A stretch of 64,000 nt of DNA from Dehalococcoidia bacterium (GTDB lineage: Bacteria > Chloroflexota > Dehalococcoidia > Lucifugimonadales > JAGWBF01): NCBI GenBank assembly GCA_965220375.1, contig OZ244824.1:2125133-2189132 (forward strand), in the 5' to 3' direction. Shown here in pieces: positions 48,180 to 58,279 of this stretch (its first letter is position 1; every line of letters begins with the position of its first letter). Below the pieces are notes generated by a model. It was not told the DNA's origin and did no database searches. It saw only the letters and a list, made by a program, of their open reading frames with translations. Both the position numbers and the translations under genes were made by a program.

Positions 48180-50683
48180 AAGAGACCCTTGTGGCCGGTC
48201 CGCCTGTTTGTAACACCATCCCGGAATTCTTGAGAATGGCCGTCGAGAAGCACGGTCGCCGGGATGCTCTGCTGTTCAAACCCGCCTTCCGCTATAGGAG
48301 GTGGAGCTATTCCCAGCTGGGGGCGCAGTCGGGCCAGGTTTCCACCTTCCTTCAGCAGAGAGGACTCAAGAAGGGCGACCAGGTGGTCTTGTGGGGTCCC
48401 AACTGTCCCCAGTGGGTGCTGGCCTTTCTCGGCTGCATCAAGGCCGGGGTCGTCGTAATCCCCCTGGACCTGCGCAGCGCTCCCGACTACGTGTCAAGGG
48501 TCATATCCCGCATCGAACCGAAGCTGGCCTTTACGTCACGGCTCACTCCCAAGGATGGGGTGGAGCTGGGGGTACCCGAGATTGGCTTCGAGGACCTGGA
48601 AGCCTCCATACAGGGCCTGCCCCAGCCGGAAGATGTGGACATATCGCCCGACGACCTGGCTGAGATCATGTTCACCTCAGGCACCACAGGTGACCCGAAG
48701 GGCGTCATGCTCACCCACCGGAACCTGCTGGCCAATGTGGAAGGGGTGTGCCAGTACATCTCCTGCAAGCCTTCCAGCCGCCTGCTGTCCATCCTTCCCC
48801 TCAGCCATATGTACGAGCAGATGGGAGGCCTGTTCATAGCCCTGCACTCCGGCGCCAGCGTGACTTACCCCACCAGCCGCCAGCCGACCGTACTGGCCCG
48901 CACCATGCGTGAGCGAAGGGTCACCATACTGCTCCTTGTTCCCCAGGCGTTGGAGCTGTTGATGAACGGGGTTGAGCGGGAGGTGAAGAGGCAAGGTAAG
49001 GAGGCCCTCTGGAACAAGCTCTTGAGAGTCGCCGAATCATTGCCCTTGCCCATGAGACGACTCCTGTTTCGCCGAGTGCACAAGCAGTTTGGCGGCAAGC
49101 TGGATTTCATCGTTTCGGGAGGCGCAGCCCTCGACCCGGACCTGGGGCGCAAATGGGAGGCGCTGGGCATCAAGATCGTCCAGGGTTACGGCACAACCGA
49201 GGCATCCCCGGTCATCAGCAATCACAGCCTGAGGGAGCGGCGCCTCGACTCTGCGGGGCGCCCCCTTCCCAACGTGGAGCTGAAGATCAGCGATGAAGGT
49301 GAAATCCTGGTCAGAGGGGAGAACATCACGCCGGGCTACTGGCGGGCGCCCCAAGAAACCGAGGCGGCCTTCGACGGCGAGTGGTACAAGACGGGTGACC
49401 TGGGGTTCCTGGATGGGGAGGGCTTCCTGCACATCCAGGGGCGCAAGAAGGACATGATCGTGCTCTCCAGCGGCCAGAATATCTTCCCGGAGGATATCCA
49501 GGGAGTGCTGGCCAAGCATCCGAAGGTCGCCGACTCCGCGGTGGTCGGGTTGGACAAGGGGTCGTCGGTGGAGGTCCACGCCGCCCTTATCCTGGAGGAT
49601 GCAGACGCGGCCCAGGAGGTTGTTTCCTGGGCCAATGGGCAACTGGCTGAGCAGCAGAGGATCAGGGGCTTCACCATCTGGCCGGAGGAGGACTTCCCCC
49701 GTACCCACACCCTGAAGGTGAAGAAGGGTGTAGTGCTGGACACGATTCTCGGAAAGATTCAGCCGGAAGCTCCGGCGGAGCAGCCTTCGGGGAACCGCGC
49801 CGGAGGCCAGAGCAGAAGCTTGGTCGATATCATCGCCGAGGTGAGCAAGCGGGAGGCCGGGGCGGTGCGCGATCTTTCCACATTGGGCGGTGACCTGGAG
49901 CTGGACTCCCTGGGGCGCGTTGAGCTGCTGTCCGCTATAGAAGCGGAGCTGGGCGTCTATTTGGATGAGGGCATGCTGGGGCCCGACATGACTGTGGGAG
50001 CGCTGACATCCCTGGTAGAAGAAGGGTCGAAGAACCCGCCCATGATGAGTTTCCCCAGCTGGGGTATGCGATGGTGGTGCCGCATGTTGAGGGGTTTCCT
50101 CCAGCGCGCCGTCGTATTCCCGGTGGTCAGCCTTCCCTATTCGTTGAAAGTGTTGGGCCGTGAGAACCTGGAGGGCATCACCGGGCCTGTGCTGTTTGCC
50201 TCCAACCACCACCTGGGCCTAGATAACCCGTTAATCATCAAGGCTGTCCCCTTGAAGTGGCGCCGGCGGATGGCAGTGGCCGGCGCTGCCGACCTTTGGA
50301 AGAACCCGGTCTGGTGGATAGTGAATCCCCTTCTGGGCAATGCCTTTCCCCTTGCCAGGGAGGGATCTGTGAAGCCCAGCCTCGAGAACATGGGCAGGAT
50401 CATGGACAACGGATGGTCGGTGCTGATTTACCCTGAGGGTGAGCTTACCCTGGGAGGCCCCATCAAGCCATTCATGAACGGGACTGGCCTGGTGGCAGTG
50501 GAGGGAGGAATCCCCGTGGTGCCCCTCCGTCTGCACATTCACAGGCTGGGCAGCCCCGTTCGCTTCCCAGTTCTGCGCCGTGGCAAAGTGGAGGTGCGAC
50601 TGGGAGAGCCGCTTACCTTCCCGGCGGGTACGGACTACCAGGAAGCAACCTCAGCCATCGAACAGGCCGTCAGGTCACTATAG
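48176..50683 (+). CDS. tri-domain fusion: acyl-AMP ligase (AMP-binding) - carrier protein - PlsC-type acyltransferase
   Basis: 'MFTSGTTGDPKGVMLTHRN' and 'GWYKTGDLG' mark adenylation. 'LGGDLELDSLGRVELLSAIE' is the phosphopantetheine site. 'FASNHHLGLDNP' and 'IYPEGELT' are the NHx4D and PEG acyltransferase motifs. Confidence 0.85.
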   Translation: MKETLVAGPPVCNTIPEFLRMAVEKHGRRDALLFKPAFRYRRWSYSQLGAQSGQVSTFLQQRGLKKGDQVVLWGPNCPQWVLAFLGCIKAGVVVIPLDLRSAPDYVSRVISRIEPKLAFTSRLTPKDGVELGVPEIGFEDLEASIQGLPQPEDVDISPDDLAEIMFTSGTTGDPKGVMLTHRNLLANVEGVCQYISCKPSSRLLSILPLSHMYEQMGGLFIALHSGASVTYPTSRQPTVLARTMRERRVTILLLVPQALELLMNGVEREVKRQGKEALWNKLLRVAESLPLPMRRLLFRRVHKQFGGKLDFIVSGGAALDPDLGRKWEALGIKIVQGYGTTEASPVISNHSLRERRLDSAGRPLPNVELKISDEGEILVRGENITPGYWRAPQETEAAFDGEWYKTGDLGFLDGEGFLHIQGRKKDMIVLSSGQNIFPEDIQGVLAKHPKVADSAVVGLDKGSSVEVHAALILEDADAAQEVVSWANGQLAEQQRIRGFTIWPEEDFPRTHTLKVKKGVVLDTILGKIQPEAPAEQPSGNRAGGQSRSLVDIIAEVSKREAGAVRDLSTLGGDLELDSLGRVELLSAIEAELGVYLDEGMLGPDMTVGALTSLVEEGSKNPPMMSFPSWGMRWWCRMLRGFLQRAVVFPVVSLPYSLKVLGRENLEGITGPVLFASNHHLGLDNPLIIKAVPLKWRRRMAVAGAADLWKNPVWWIVNPLLGNAFPLAREGSVKPSLENMGRIMDNGWSVLIYPEGELTLGGPIKPFMNGTGLVAVEGGIPVVPLRLHIHRLGSPVRFPVLRRGKVEVRLGEPLTFPAGTDYQEATSAIEQAVRSL

Positions 50684-50717
50684 AGTCTGCTGGGATCGTG
50701 TCCTCAGGCTGCGGGAG

Positions 50718-51800
50718 CTAGAAGACGACGACGGACCGCAGCACCTCACCCCTCTGCATCTTGCCGAATGCATCCTCCACCCCGTCAAGGGGAATCGTCT
50801 CCGAGACGAAACCGTCCAAATCCAGGCGGCCCTGGAGGTATAGGTCTATAAGCTCAGGGAAGTCCCTGGTGGGCAGGCAGTCGCCGTACCAGGAGGACTT
50901 CAGCGCGCCGCCCCGGCCAAACACCTCCAGCAGGGGCAGCTCTATCTTCATTTCAGGGTTCGGCACTCCCACCAGTACGACGGTGCCGGCGTGGTCCCGA
51001 GCATAAAAGGCCTGCCGGTAAGTTTCGGGTATGCCAACGGCATCAATGCACACGTTGGCCCCGTTGCCCCCAGTCAGCTCCTTGATGGCTTCCACCGGAT
51101 CGTTGGCGGAAGCATCGATGGCGTGGGTTGCCCCGAAGGCCCTGGCTTGGGGAAGCTTCCTGCTATCTATGTCCACGCCGATGATGGTGTGGGCCCCTGC
51201 CAGCTTAGCCCCTGCAATGGCGGCATCTCCCACGCCCCCGCAGCCGAAGACGGCTACCGAGTCGCCGCGGCCCACGTTACCTGTGTTCAGCGCTGCCCCC
51301 AAGCCCGCCATGATTCCGCATCCCACCAGGCCGGCGGCCTCGGGCCGGGCGCGAGGGTCCACCTTGATCGCTTGGTCGGCGTGCACCAGGGACAGCTCGG
51401 CAAAAGCCCCGATCCCCAGGGCGTTGGTGAGAGATGTCCCGTCGGTCAGCGTCATGGGCTGGCTGGCGTATTGGCTGGCGAAGCAGTACCAGGGCCTGCC
51501 TCGGAGGCATGACCGGCAGGTGCCGCAGGGCGCGCGCCAAGCCAGGATAACGTAGTCCCCTACAGCAACGTTCTCCACGCCGGACCCCACTTTTTCCACG
51601 ACTCCGGCCGCTTCGTGGCCCAGGAGAATGGGGTAGTCATTGGTGATGGCGCCCTCCCGGTAGTGGAGGTCCGTGTGGCAGACTCCGCAGGCCTGCACCT
51701 GCACCCGCGCCTCCCCCGGGCCCGGATCGGGCACCATGATGGTCTCAACGCTTACGGTCGCGCCCTTGGACCTGGAAACAACACCTTTGACCTGCTCCAT
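50718..51800 (-). CDS. zinc-dependent alcohol dehydrogenase, class III-like
   Basis: '[10 protein letters not shown]' and '[10 protein letters not shown]' Rossmann motif. 360 aa. Confidence 0.85.
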   Translation of the reverse strand: MEQVKGVVSRSKGATVSVETIMVPDPGPGEARVQVQACGVCHTDLHYREGAITNDYPILLGHEAAGVVEKVGSGVENVAVGDYVILAWRAPCGTCRSCLRGRPWYCFASQYASQPMTLTDGTSLTNALGIGAFAELSLVHADQAIKVDPRARPEAAGLVGCGIMAGLGAALNTGNVGRGDSVAVFGCGGVGDAAIAGAKLAGAHTIIGVDIDSRKLPQARAFGATHAIDASANDPVEAIKELTGGNGANVCIDAVGIPETYRQAFYARDHAGTVVLVGVPNPEMKIELPLLEVFGRGGALKSSWYGDCLPTRDFPELIDLYLQGRLDLDGFVSETIPLDGVEDAFGKMQRGEVLRSVVVF

Positions 51801-51825
51801 TTACACTCCCGGATGATGTCCCGTT

Positions 51826-52899
51826 CTAGGCGGGTATAAGGTATTTGTAGTGGTCGCCCTTTGATATGGCCGGCAGCCCGGATGCTGCGCAATACCAGTT
51901 GTCGCCCCCGTCGTCGCTGCACCAGACCTCCCCGGCGGCGGTGGCGCTGAACAGGGAGAAACCATCTCCCCAATCTTCCAGGCTCATAGCCTCGAAGGCG
52001 GACTGCATATCGTCGGGCACTCCCGCCGTTACCGTGCTCCAGGTGCGCCCGCCATCGGCGCTGCGGGATATCTTGGAACCGGCGTAGTGAGTCGCCCTCC
52101 AGCCACCCGGGTTCTCCTGGGACGCTCCCACGAACATGGTCTCGGGCTGGCGAGGGTGCATCACCAGCACATCGGGATATCCCCCGATGGGGTCTTGCCG
52201 GGTGCTCCAATGCTCCCAGGAGTCTCCGCCGTCGGAGGTAACGTAAATCCCGTCCCCGCCGGTGACGTAGATGCGGTCAGGGTCGTCGGGATTTATGAGG
52301 GTGCGGTGCACATCGTCGTCCATGCCCCGCATGACGTCGAAGCTCTCGCCGAAGTTCGTGCTCTTGAGCAGGCCCCCCTGCTCGATGCTGACGAACATGG
52401 TCTTCGGGTCGTCGGGATGGAAGTTGATGTGCTTGGTGTGGGCTATGTGGGGAGGCGCCGGGAAGCACCAGCCTGACATATCCACCGAGCGCATCGCAGG
52501 CAGCTCATTCCAGGTCAAGCCCAGGTCGTCGCTGCAGAACAGGTGGGCCGGTTCGGTCCCGGCGAAGATGCGCACCCCGCCGTCATGCCGGGAGAAGGAG
52601 AGGCTGTAGATGTCGTCCTGGGTCAGGCCCCGCTCTCGAAGCTCCCAGGTGTACCCTCCGTCAAGGCTGGCATGGACGGAACCCTTTGTCGCCCCCGCAA
52701 ATATGATGCCGGAGGCGGGTTCGACCATCAGGGCGTGGATGTGCTTGTGGAGCAGTCCCCGGTGGGCTGTCCGCCAAGGGCCTCCCGCCTGGTCTCGCTC
52801 CAGTATGACCACGCCTTCGATGGTGCCAACCAGCACCTGGCTGGAGGGGGATGGCGAGGAGTAGATGGTTGGTCCGCCGTGGGAAAGGGCGATAGTCAT
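51826..52899 (-). CDS. BNR/Asp-box repeat beta-propeller protein
   Basis: Six SxDxGxTW-like boxes: 'SLDGGYTWE', 'SDDLGLTWN', 'STNFGESFD', 'TSDGGDSWE', 'SADGGRTWS' and 'SDDGGDNW'. Confidence 0.75.
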   Translation of the reverse strand: MTIALSHGGPTIYSSPSPSSQVLVGTIEGVVILERDQAGGPWRTAHRGLLHKHIHALMVEPASGIIFAGATKGSVHASLDGGYTWELRERGLTQDDIYSLSFSRHDGGVRIFAGTEPAHLFCSDDLGLTWNELPAMRSVDMSGWCFPAPPHIAHTKHINFHPDDPKTMFVSIEQGGLLKSTNFGESFDVMRGMDDDVHRTLINPDDPDRIYVTGGDGIYVTSDGGDSWEHWSTRQDPIGGYPDVLVMHPRQPETMFVGASQENPGGWRATHYAGSKISRSADGGRTWSTVTAGVPDDMQSAFEAMSLEDWGDGFSLFSATAAGEVWCSDDGGDNWYCAASGLPAISKGDHYKYLIPA

Positions 52900-52973
52900 G
52901 CTATCCTCCTGTCGTTATCTCTCATGCAACTCACCCCGCCGGTGGGGTTGGATGGGACGGCTGCTCCGGCGGG

Positions 52974-54161
52974 CTAGCTTAGGCGCAGAAAGTCGGCCGC
53001 ATTGCCGTACATGTGCTTCTGCAGCGCATCGTGGCTGTAGTCCTTCCAGAAGTCCCATTCGATGACCTCTTTGGCCGTCTCGGGGAACCAGGACTGGCCG
53101 TGGGGGTAATCGGACTGGTGCATCAGACTATCTTCGCCCAGGATATCGATGCATGCCTTGGTCATGGCAGGTCCTTCGAAGGGTTCGGCCGCGCAGCGGA
53201 ATCGCCCCATCTGGACATACTCGATCGGCGTGTACTTCAGGTCGGGAGTAACGCCGGAAACGTAGCTCTTGTTGAATCCCAGCCGGATGACCCAGTTAGG
53301 CAGCCATCCATGACCTACCTCGGACACACCGGCGCGAAATCTGGGGTACCGGTCGAATATCCCTGAGAGTATGAGGTAGGAGCAGAGACGGGCGGCGCCC
53401 CATGGATGGGCAGCGGTCCTGGCCACTACCGTGTTGCCCCAGACATCCTTGTACCCGGGAAAGTAAGGCGGCTCCATGAAGAAGCTATGGTGCACCAAGG
53501 GCAGGTCCAGATCATTCATGATCGCCCATACCGGCTCAAGGGAAGGGTCGTCCACGGGCAGGCCTTCCTTAAGATGCACCCAAACGGCAGAAACCCAGCT
53601 TTCGTTGGCCCACCTCTTGATCTCGGCAACGGTCCATTCCGGGTCTATTCCGGGCACCTGGAGGCAGCCGGTGAGCCGGTCCGGCGCGGTAGAGCAGTAC
53701 TCCTTCATGTAGTGATGAAACCCGCGGTACAGTCCTTCACCCAAGGTAACATCATCCAGGCCGGTCACGGTGGAAGCTTGACCACCGCCGGGGAAGATGA
53801 AGTCGATGTCGCGGCCTTCAAGGTCCATATCTATCAGCCGGCCTTCCACATCTTCCAGCTCCACCATGGGGTGGGCTTGAGCGCGGTGCATGTTGACGGT
53901 CCGACCATCCAAAGCACCACGTCCGCCCAAGGTTGCAGCATCATCTTCGGACCTGGGCGCCGTGCCTGGAAATCGGTCGAAGGGAATTGCGCCCATGCTT
54001 ATGTCGGTTGCAGTGCTGCCGTCTTTCAGGGTCCTGCTCTTCTGATAGGGTTTGAACTCCTCCATCCGCGGCCTGAAACTCGGCTCTACGTATTTTGACA
54101 GAATCTCCAAGGAGGGCCGGACATGGGTATCCATGTCGATTATCTTAATGCCATCTCTCAT
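52974..54161 (-). CDS. amidohydrolase-2 (ACMSD-like) family protein
   Basis: 395 aa. An 'IIDMDTHV' N-terminal metal motif and a C-terminal 'SDYPH' are typical of the family. Confidence 0.75.
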   Translation of the reverse strand: MRDGIKIIDMDTHVRPSLEILSKYVEPSFRPRMEEFKPYQKSRTLKDGSTATDISMGAIPFDRFPGTAPRSEDDAATLGGRGALDGRTVNMHRAQAHPMVELEDVEGRLIDMDLEGRDIDFIFPGGGQASTVTGLDDVTLGEGLYRGFHHYMKEYCSTAPDRLTGCLQVPGIDPEWTVAEIKRWANESWVSAVWVHLKEGLPVDDPSLEPVWAIMNDLDLPLVHHSFFMEPPYFPGYKDVWGNTVVARTAAHPWGAARLCSYLILSGIFDRYPRFRAGVSEVGHGWLPNWVIRLGFNKSYVSGVTPDLKYTPIEYVQMGRFRCAAEPFEGPAMTKACIDILGEDSLMHQSDYPHGQSWFPETAKEVIEWDFWKDYSHDALQKHMYGNAADFLRLS

Positions 54162-54243
54162 GGTGAACCTCCAACGGGTCTATATTTCAGCTTCTTGCTG
54201 GCAGCCAGGTCGAGACCTCTGTTATCTGGCCATGGGGTTTCAG

Positions 54244-55050
54244 CTAGTCAGTCCCGGCGGCGACCAGCCCAGCTTCGGCACCAACAGAGGTGTTCAGGTA
54301 GCGTTCGAACCAGCCAAGCACCTTCTCCCACCCGTCCCCTGCGGCAGGCTGGCGATAGCTTGGTCGGTCTACTGCGAAGAACCCATGCCCCGCATTGGGG
54401 TACATGTGGAACTCGTAGGTCTTGCCCAAGCGCTTGAGCTCAACTTCCGTCTCCGCCACGGCTTCAGGGGAAGGCCGCGCATCTTCATCTCCAAACAACC
54501 CCAGCAGAGGGCACTCGATGCCGGAGGTGAGGTCTATGGGGGCCACAGGCTGCCTTTCGGTGAGCTCCTGCTCGGACCTGACCACTCCCCCGCCCCAGCA
54601 ATCTACGGCGGCGGCTATCCCCGGTATTGTGCAGGCTGCAAGGTAAGTCTGGCGGCCACCGGAGCAGAATCCGATGACGCCTATGCGCCCGTTCACATAA
54701 GGCAAAGAGCGCAGGTACTCCATCGCCCCTGCTACGTCTCCCATAGCCCGGGCATCGGGCATTCCCCCCTCTTCCCGCACATAGGTCGACACATCGGCAT
54801 CGCTGGCATCGGTCCCTACCACCTGGCGTTGCAGGTAATGGAAGTCCGGGGATATGGTTACGTAACCATTGGCGGCCAGCTTTCGGGCCATCTCCTTTGA
54901 TGCTTGGTCCCAACCCGGCATATGGTGGATCAACACCACAGCCCCGTGGGGGCCCGGCCCCATGGGGCGCGCCAGGTAGCCATCGATCTGGACGTCTTCA
55001 TGTCCATTGAACCTAACCGTTTCTGCCATCATGTTCTCGTATCTTGCCAT
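54244..55050 (-). CDS. dienelactone hydrolase family protein
   Basis: 'GVIGFCSGG' nucleophile elbow and 'YPNAGHGF'. 268 aa. Confidence 0.8.
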   Translation of the reverse strand: MARYENMMAETVRFNGHEDVQIDGYLARPMGPGPHGAVVLIHHMPGWDQASKEMARKLAANGYVTISPDFHYLQRQVVGTDASDADVSTYVREEGGMPDARAMGDVAGAMEYLRSLPYVNGRIGVIGFCSGGRQTYLAACTIPGIAAAVDCWGGGVVRSEQELTERQPVAPIDLTSGIECPLLGLFGDEDARPSPEAVAETEVELKRLGKTYEFHMYPNAGHGFFAVDRPSYRQPAAGDGWEKVLGWFERYLNTSVGAEAGLVAAGTD

Positions 55051-55104
55051 AGATACCTCCTATGTTTGCTTATCCGGTCTGCTTCGCTCCACCGGTCTTG
55101 CGGA

Positions 55105-56523
55105 CTAGTTCAATTGGGGTCGGATATGACTCCATGGGCGCACCTTTTCGAAAGCCGCCGATGCGGCCAGCACCGTGACCTCGTCCTTGGGACGCCCTAC
55201 GATGTGCAGCCCTATGGGCATGCCGTCGGAGGAGAAGCCGCAGGGTATGCTGGCAGCCGGCTGGCCCGTCAAGTTGAAGATGATGTTGAAGGGATTGAAG
55301 CCCCAGTCGGCGCCCACGCTGACTCCGCCTATGTTGTCGGGGTACTCGCCGATGGGGAAGGCCGGCACTGCCATGGTCGGAGTCATCAGCAGGTCGTAGG
55401 TCTCCATCAGCACGAACACCTGGTGACGGATCTCTTCCAGCAGTCGCATGGACTGGGCGTACTCCAGGCCGGTTACTTCTTTCCCTCGGCCCAGGCGGCC
55501 CCTGGCGTAGTTCGTCAGCTTCTCCGGCTGCTCGTCCAGCAGGTGCCCGTAAGCTGCGTAGGAGTTTGCCGACGTGATGCGGCTCAACCGGGTGACAGGC
55601 TGCTCCATGTTTATGCCCGGCTCATCCACGGACGCGCCCAGCTCCTCGAAGATACGGGCTGCTTGGGACGTGGCGGTAGCCACCTCCGGGTCCACGCCCG
55701 CATACCCAAGGTCAGCGCTCCAGGCGATGCGCAGGCCGGACACCCCCGTATCCAGGGCAGCCAGGTAATCGGGAGGTGTCTCCCTGATCATGTTGGCATC
55801 CCGGTCATCGGGGCCCGCCAGGGCTTGGAGCAAGATGGCGGCATCCCGCACGTTGGTTGTCATGGGACCGCTCTGGGCAACCAGGTTCGGCGAAGGTCGT
55901 CCCAAGCCCCCGAAGCGGGGCACCCGTCCCAGGTTGGGCTTGATGCCGTAGGTGCCGCAGAAGCTGGATGGGATGCGAATGGAGCCGCCGGCGTCCGTGG
56001 CGGTAGCCAAGGGGCAGAGTCCCGCGGCGACCGCAGCCCCGGCGCCTCCGCTGGAGCCTCCGGGTGTCCGGTCGGTGTTCCAGGGATTCCTGCAGGGATC
56101 GCCCAGTAGGTTCTCGGTGGTGCCCCGCATGCCGAATTCGGGTGTGTTGGTCTTGCCCAGGATGATGGCCCCCGATGCTTTGACCCGCTCCACCACTCCC
56201 GAATCGTGGCTGGGAACATGGTCCTTATAAATGAGGGAGCCGAGGGTAGAGCGGATGCCCGACGTCATCTCCAGGTCCTTCACCGATATAGGGACCCCGT
56301 GCAGAGCACCCTTGACCTCCCCGGCCATGAGATCTGACTCGGCGGTCCTGGCTGATGCCATAGCTTCGTCGCCGGCAACGGTGAGGTAGGCGTTCAGCTG
56401 GCCGTTCAGCGCTTCGATGCGCCGAAGGTAGTGTTCCGTCAGCTCGACGGGGGAGATTTCCTTGTTTCTTAGCTGTAAGGCCAGCTCATGCGCCGGGGTG
56501 TCCGTCCATTCATCCGATGCCAT
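55105..56523 (-). CDS. amidase (amidase-signature family)
   Basis: 'GGSSGGAGAAVAAG' and 'TDAGGSIRIPSSFCG' are the AS signature. 472 aa. Confidence 0.88.
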   Translation of the reverse strand: MASDEWTDTPAHELALQLRNKEISPVELTEHYLRRIEALNGQLNAYLTVAGDEAMASARTAESDLMAGEVKGALHGVPISVKDLEMTSGIRSTLGSLIYKDHVPSHDSGVVERVKASGAIILGKTNTPEFGMRGTTENLLGDPCRNPWNTDRTPGGSSGGAGAAVAAGLCPLATATDAGGSIRIPSSFCGTYGIKPNLGRVPRFGGLGRPSPNLVAQSGPMTTNVRDAAILLQALAGPDDRDANMIRETPPDYLAALDTGVSGLRIAWSADLGYAGVDPEVATATSQAARIFEELGASVDEPGINMEQPVTRLSRITSANSYAAYGHLLDEQPEKLTNYARGRLGRGKEVTGLEYAQSMRLLEEIRHQVFVLMETYDLLMTPTMAVPAFPIGEYPDNIGGVSVGADWGFNPFNIIFNLTGQPAASIPCGFSSDGMPIGLHIVGRPKDEVTVLAASAAFEKVRPWSHIRPQLN

Positions 56524-56596
56524 AATGCTCCTCGCAAGTCTTTGCGTGGCCTGCCGCCAATTCTATCCCACGACCCAGTGATGGGCAACCGCAACC

Positions 56597-57769
56597 CTAG
56601 CCGCGTCCGTTGGTCTGGTATTCCTTAATGGCGGGCAACACCTCTTTCCCCAAGAGGTCGATGCACCGGGAAGCGGAGTCGTGGGTTATGGGGCCTTCCC
56701 GTCCCCAGATGATTAGGCTGGCCGGATCGACCACATCCACTATGTCCTTCAGCTTACGGGTCACGGTGTCGGGGTTTCCGGTGATTATCTGGTAGGTGGC
56801 GTGGGCCTCGTCGTAGCCTATCCCTCCCGTGGTCACCGCACGGGCGGCGTCCCTGGCGGCTTCCTGGGGGCTGGCGGCCGCTGTCCTGCTCATGTGGCCC
56901 GGGGGCGCCTGCCAGTGCCGGGGCGCCACTCCGAAGGACGTGCCCAGCTGCCAGTAGAACTTCTTGCCCTCTTCGTAGGCGGCCTCGTCGCTGTCCGCAA
57001 CGAAAGCGCGGACGGCATATCCCCTGTTTTCGGGGCCATCCTCGTAACCCGTTTCCACGGCGGCCTTGTGGTATATGTCGTAGATGCCTTTAGCCAGCTC
57101 CAATGGGGGAGCCAGGGCGATGTAGGGGTATTTGTGCTGGGCGGCGAACTCGATGGTTTCGGGGCTGGACACGCCCGGAATCCATATAGGTGGATGGGGC
57201 TTCTGCATGGGAAGCACCCAGGGATTGACCACCCGCAGGTTATAGTGCTTCCCTTCCCAACGGAAGGGACCCGGGGTCGTCCACGTCTTGATTATCAGGT
57301 CGTGGGCTTCTTCGAAGCGCTCCCGGTTGTGCACAGGGTTGATATTCGTGGCCAGGGTCTCCTGGCCGACCCCTCGAACAAAGCCCGAAATGACGCGCCC
57401 GCCGGATATGACATCGACGATGGCCAGCTCCTCGGCGACCCGCACCGGGTTTTCATGGATGGGGAGCACGTTACCCAGGAAGACAATCTTCCCTTTAGCC
57501 AGGGCCTTGGCCAGCATCCCGCCTATGACGTTGATGGACGCCATCATCGACAGGGGGTTGTTGTGGTGCTCGTTGATCATCACGCCGTCGAAGCCCACTT
57601 CCACGGTCTGCTGATGCTCTTCGAAGTACATATCGTAGAGTTGCTTGGCTTTCTGGGGAACGAAGTTCTCGTTGGGCAGCATAAGGCTGGTGTAGCCGTA
57701 GCTGGCGGCCACCTCCTGGGAGTAGGCGGTGTATCCCATCTCGGTGAAGAAGAAGACCTCTTTAACCAC
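56597..57769 (-). CDS. LLM-class flavin-dependent oxidoreductase
   Basis: Luciferase-like pattern ('INEHHNNP', 'RVAEELAIVDVISGGRV'). The start is set at the GTG at 57769, 7 nt after GGAG; the ORF extends to 57856. Confidence 0.8.
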   Translation of the reverse strand: MVKEVFFFTEMGYTAYSQEVAASYGYTSLMLPNENFVPQKAKQLYDMYFEEHQQTVEVGFDGVMINEHHNNPLSMMASINVIGGMLAKALAKGKIVFLGNVLPIHENPVRVAEELAIVDVISGGRVISGFVRGVGQETLATNINPVHNRERFEEAHDLIIKTWTTPGPFRWEGKHYNLRVVNPWVLPMQKPHPPIWIPGVSSPETIEFAAQHKYPYIALAPPLELAKGIYDIYHKAAVETGYEDGPENRGYAVRAFVADSDEAAYEEGKKFYWQLGTSFGVAPRHWQAPPGHMSRTAAASPQEAARDAARAVTTGGIGYDEAHATYQIITGNPDTVTRKLKDIVDVVDPASLIIWGREGPITHDSASRCIDLLGKEVLPAIKEYQTNGRG

Positions 57770-57931
57770 GCACTCGCTCCGGGGGAAGGATGGGGACGCT
57801 TGGGGGATTATAGCTGTTGGGAGAGGGCATGGGCAACGGTTGATCTTGAGGCCCATTGCCAGGGTGCTGTGCGACCGCCACGAGGCTTTACACCTGGCAG
57901 GGGAGGCACTACCATACGCCGGGAGGCAATC

Positions 57932-58252
57932 ATGGAGAATCAGGGCAAGGCTTTCAGCAAATGGTGGACCATTGACATAGTTGCTGTGGGCAGCAACTCG
58001 ATAGGCCTTGTCGCAGCAGGCACATGGAACTCCATTGGCCTCGTGGCAATAAGCTTCCTTAACGCCATGGGCTTGGTAACCATCGGCCCCATAAATTCAA
58101 TGGGGTTTGTGGCAATAGGAGGAGTTAACGCCATGGGAGTCGTCGCTATCGGCGGCGTCAACGCCGTGGGTCTTGTCGCCATAGGAGGCATTAGCGCCAC
58201 GGGCCTCTTTGCCATAGGTCCGGGAAACGCCCGAAGCGCTTTCCCCATCTAG
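57932..58252 (+). CDS. small hydrophobic protein made of about seven 11-residue repeats ([SA]-x-G-[LVF]-V-A-I-G-G-x-N)
   Basis: The ATG at 57932 follows GGGAGG, and the gene sits 27 nt upstream of the next + strand gene. It is a 33-nt periodic coding repeat, and the antisense frame is also open because of the repetitiveness. Confidence 0.5.
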   Translation: MENQGKAFSKWWTIDIVAVGSNSIGLVAAGTWNSIGLVAISFLNAMGLVTIGPINSMGFVAIGGVNAMGVVAIGGVNAVGLVAIGGISATGLFAIGPGNARSAFPI

Positions 58253-58279
58253 CCGTTTATCCACTAAAGAGGTGAAAAC

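Noticed and set aside
54244-56523. Possible third recoding event: dienelactone hydrolase and amidase ORFs share a reading frame
   Set aside because: The 54-nt gap contains an RBS (GGAGGTATCT) and a normal ATG for the downstream gene. Both proteins are complete families on their own, so the shared frame is coincidental.
56801-57931. Upstream 377 aa of the 483-aa + strand ORF 56801..58252
   Set aside because: This part is antisense to the LLM oxidoreductase gene. Only the last 106 aa, from the ATG at 57932 with its RBS, lie in intergenic DNA and show the 11-residue repeat.
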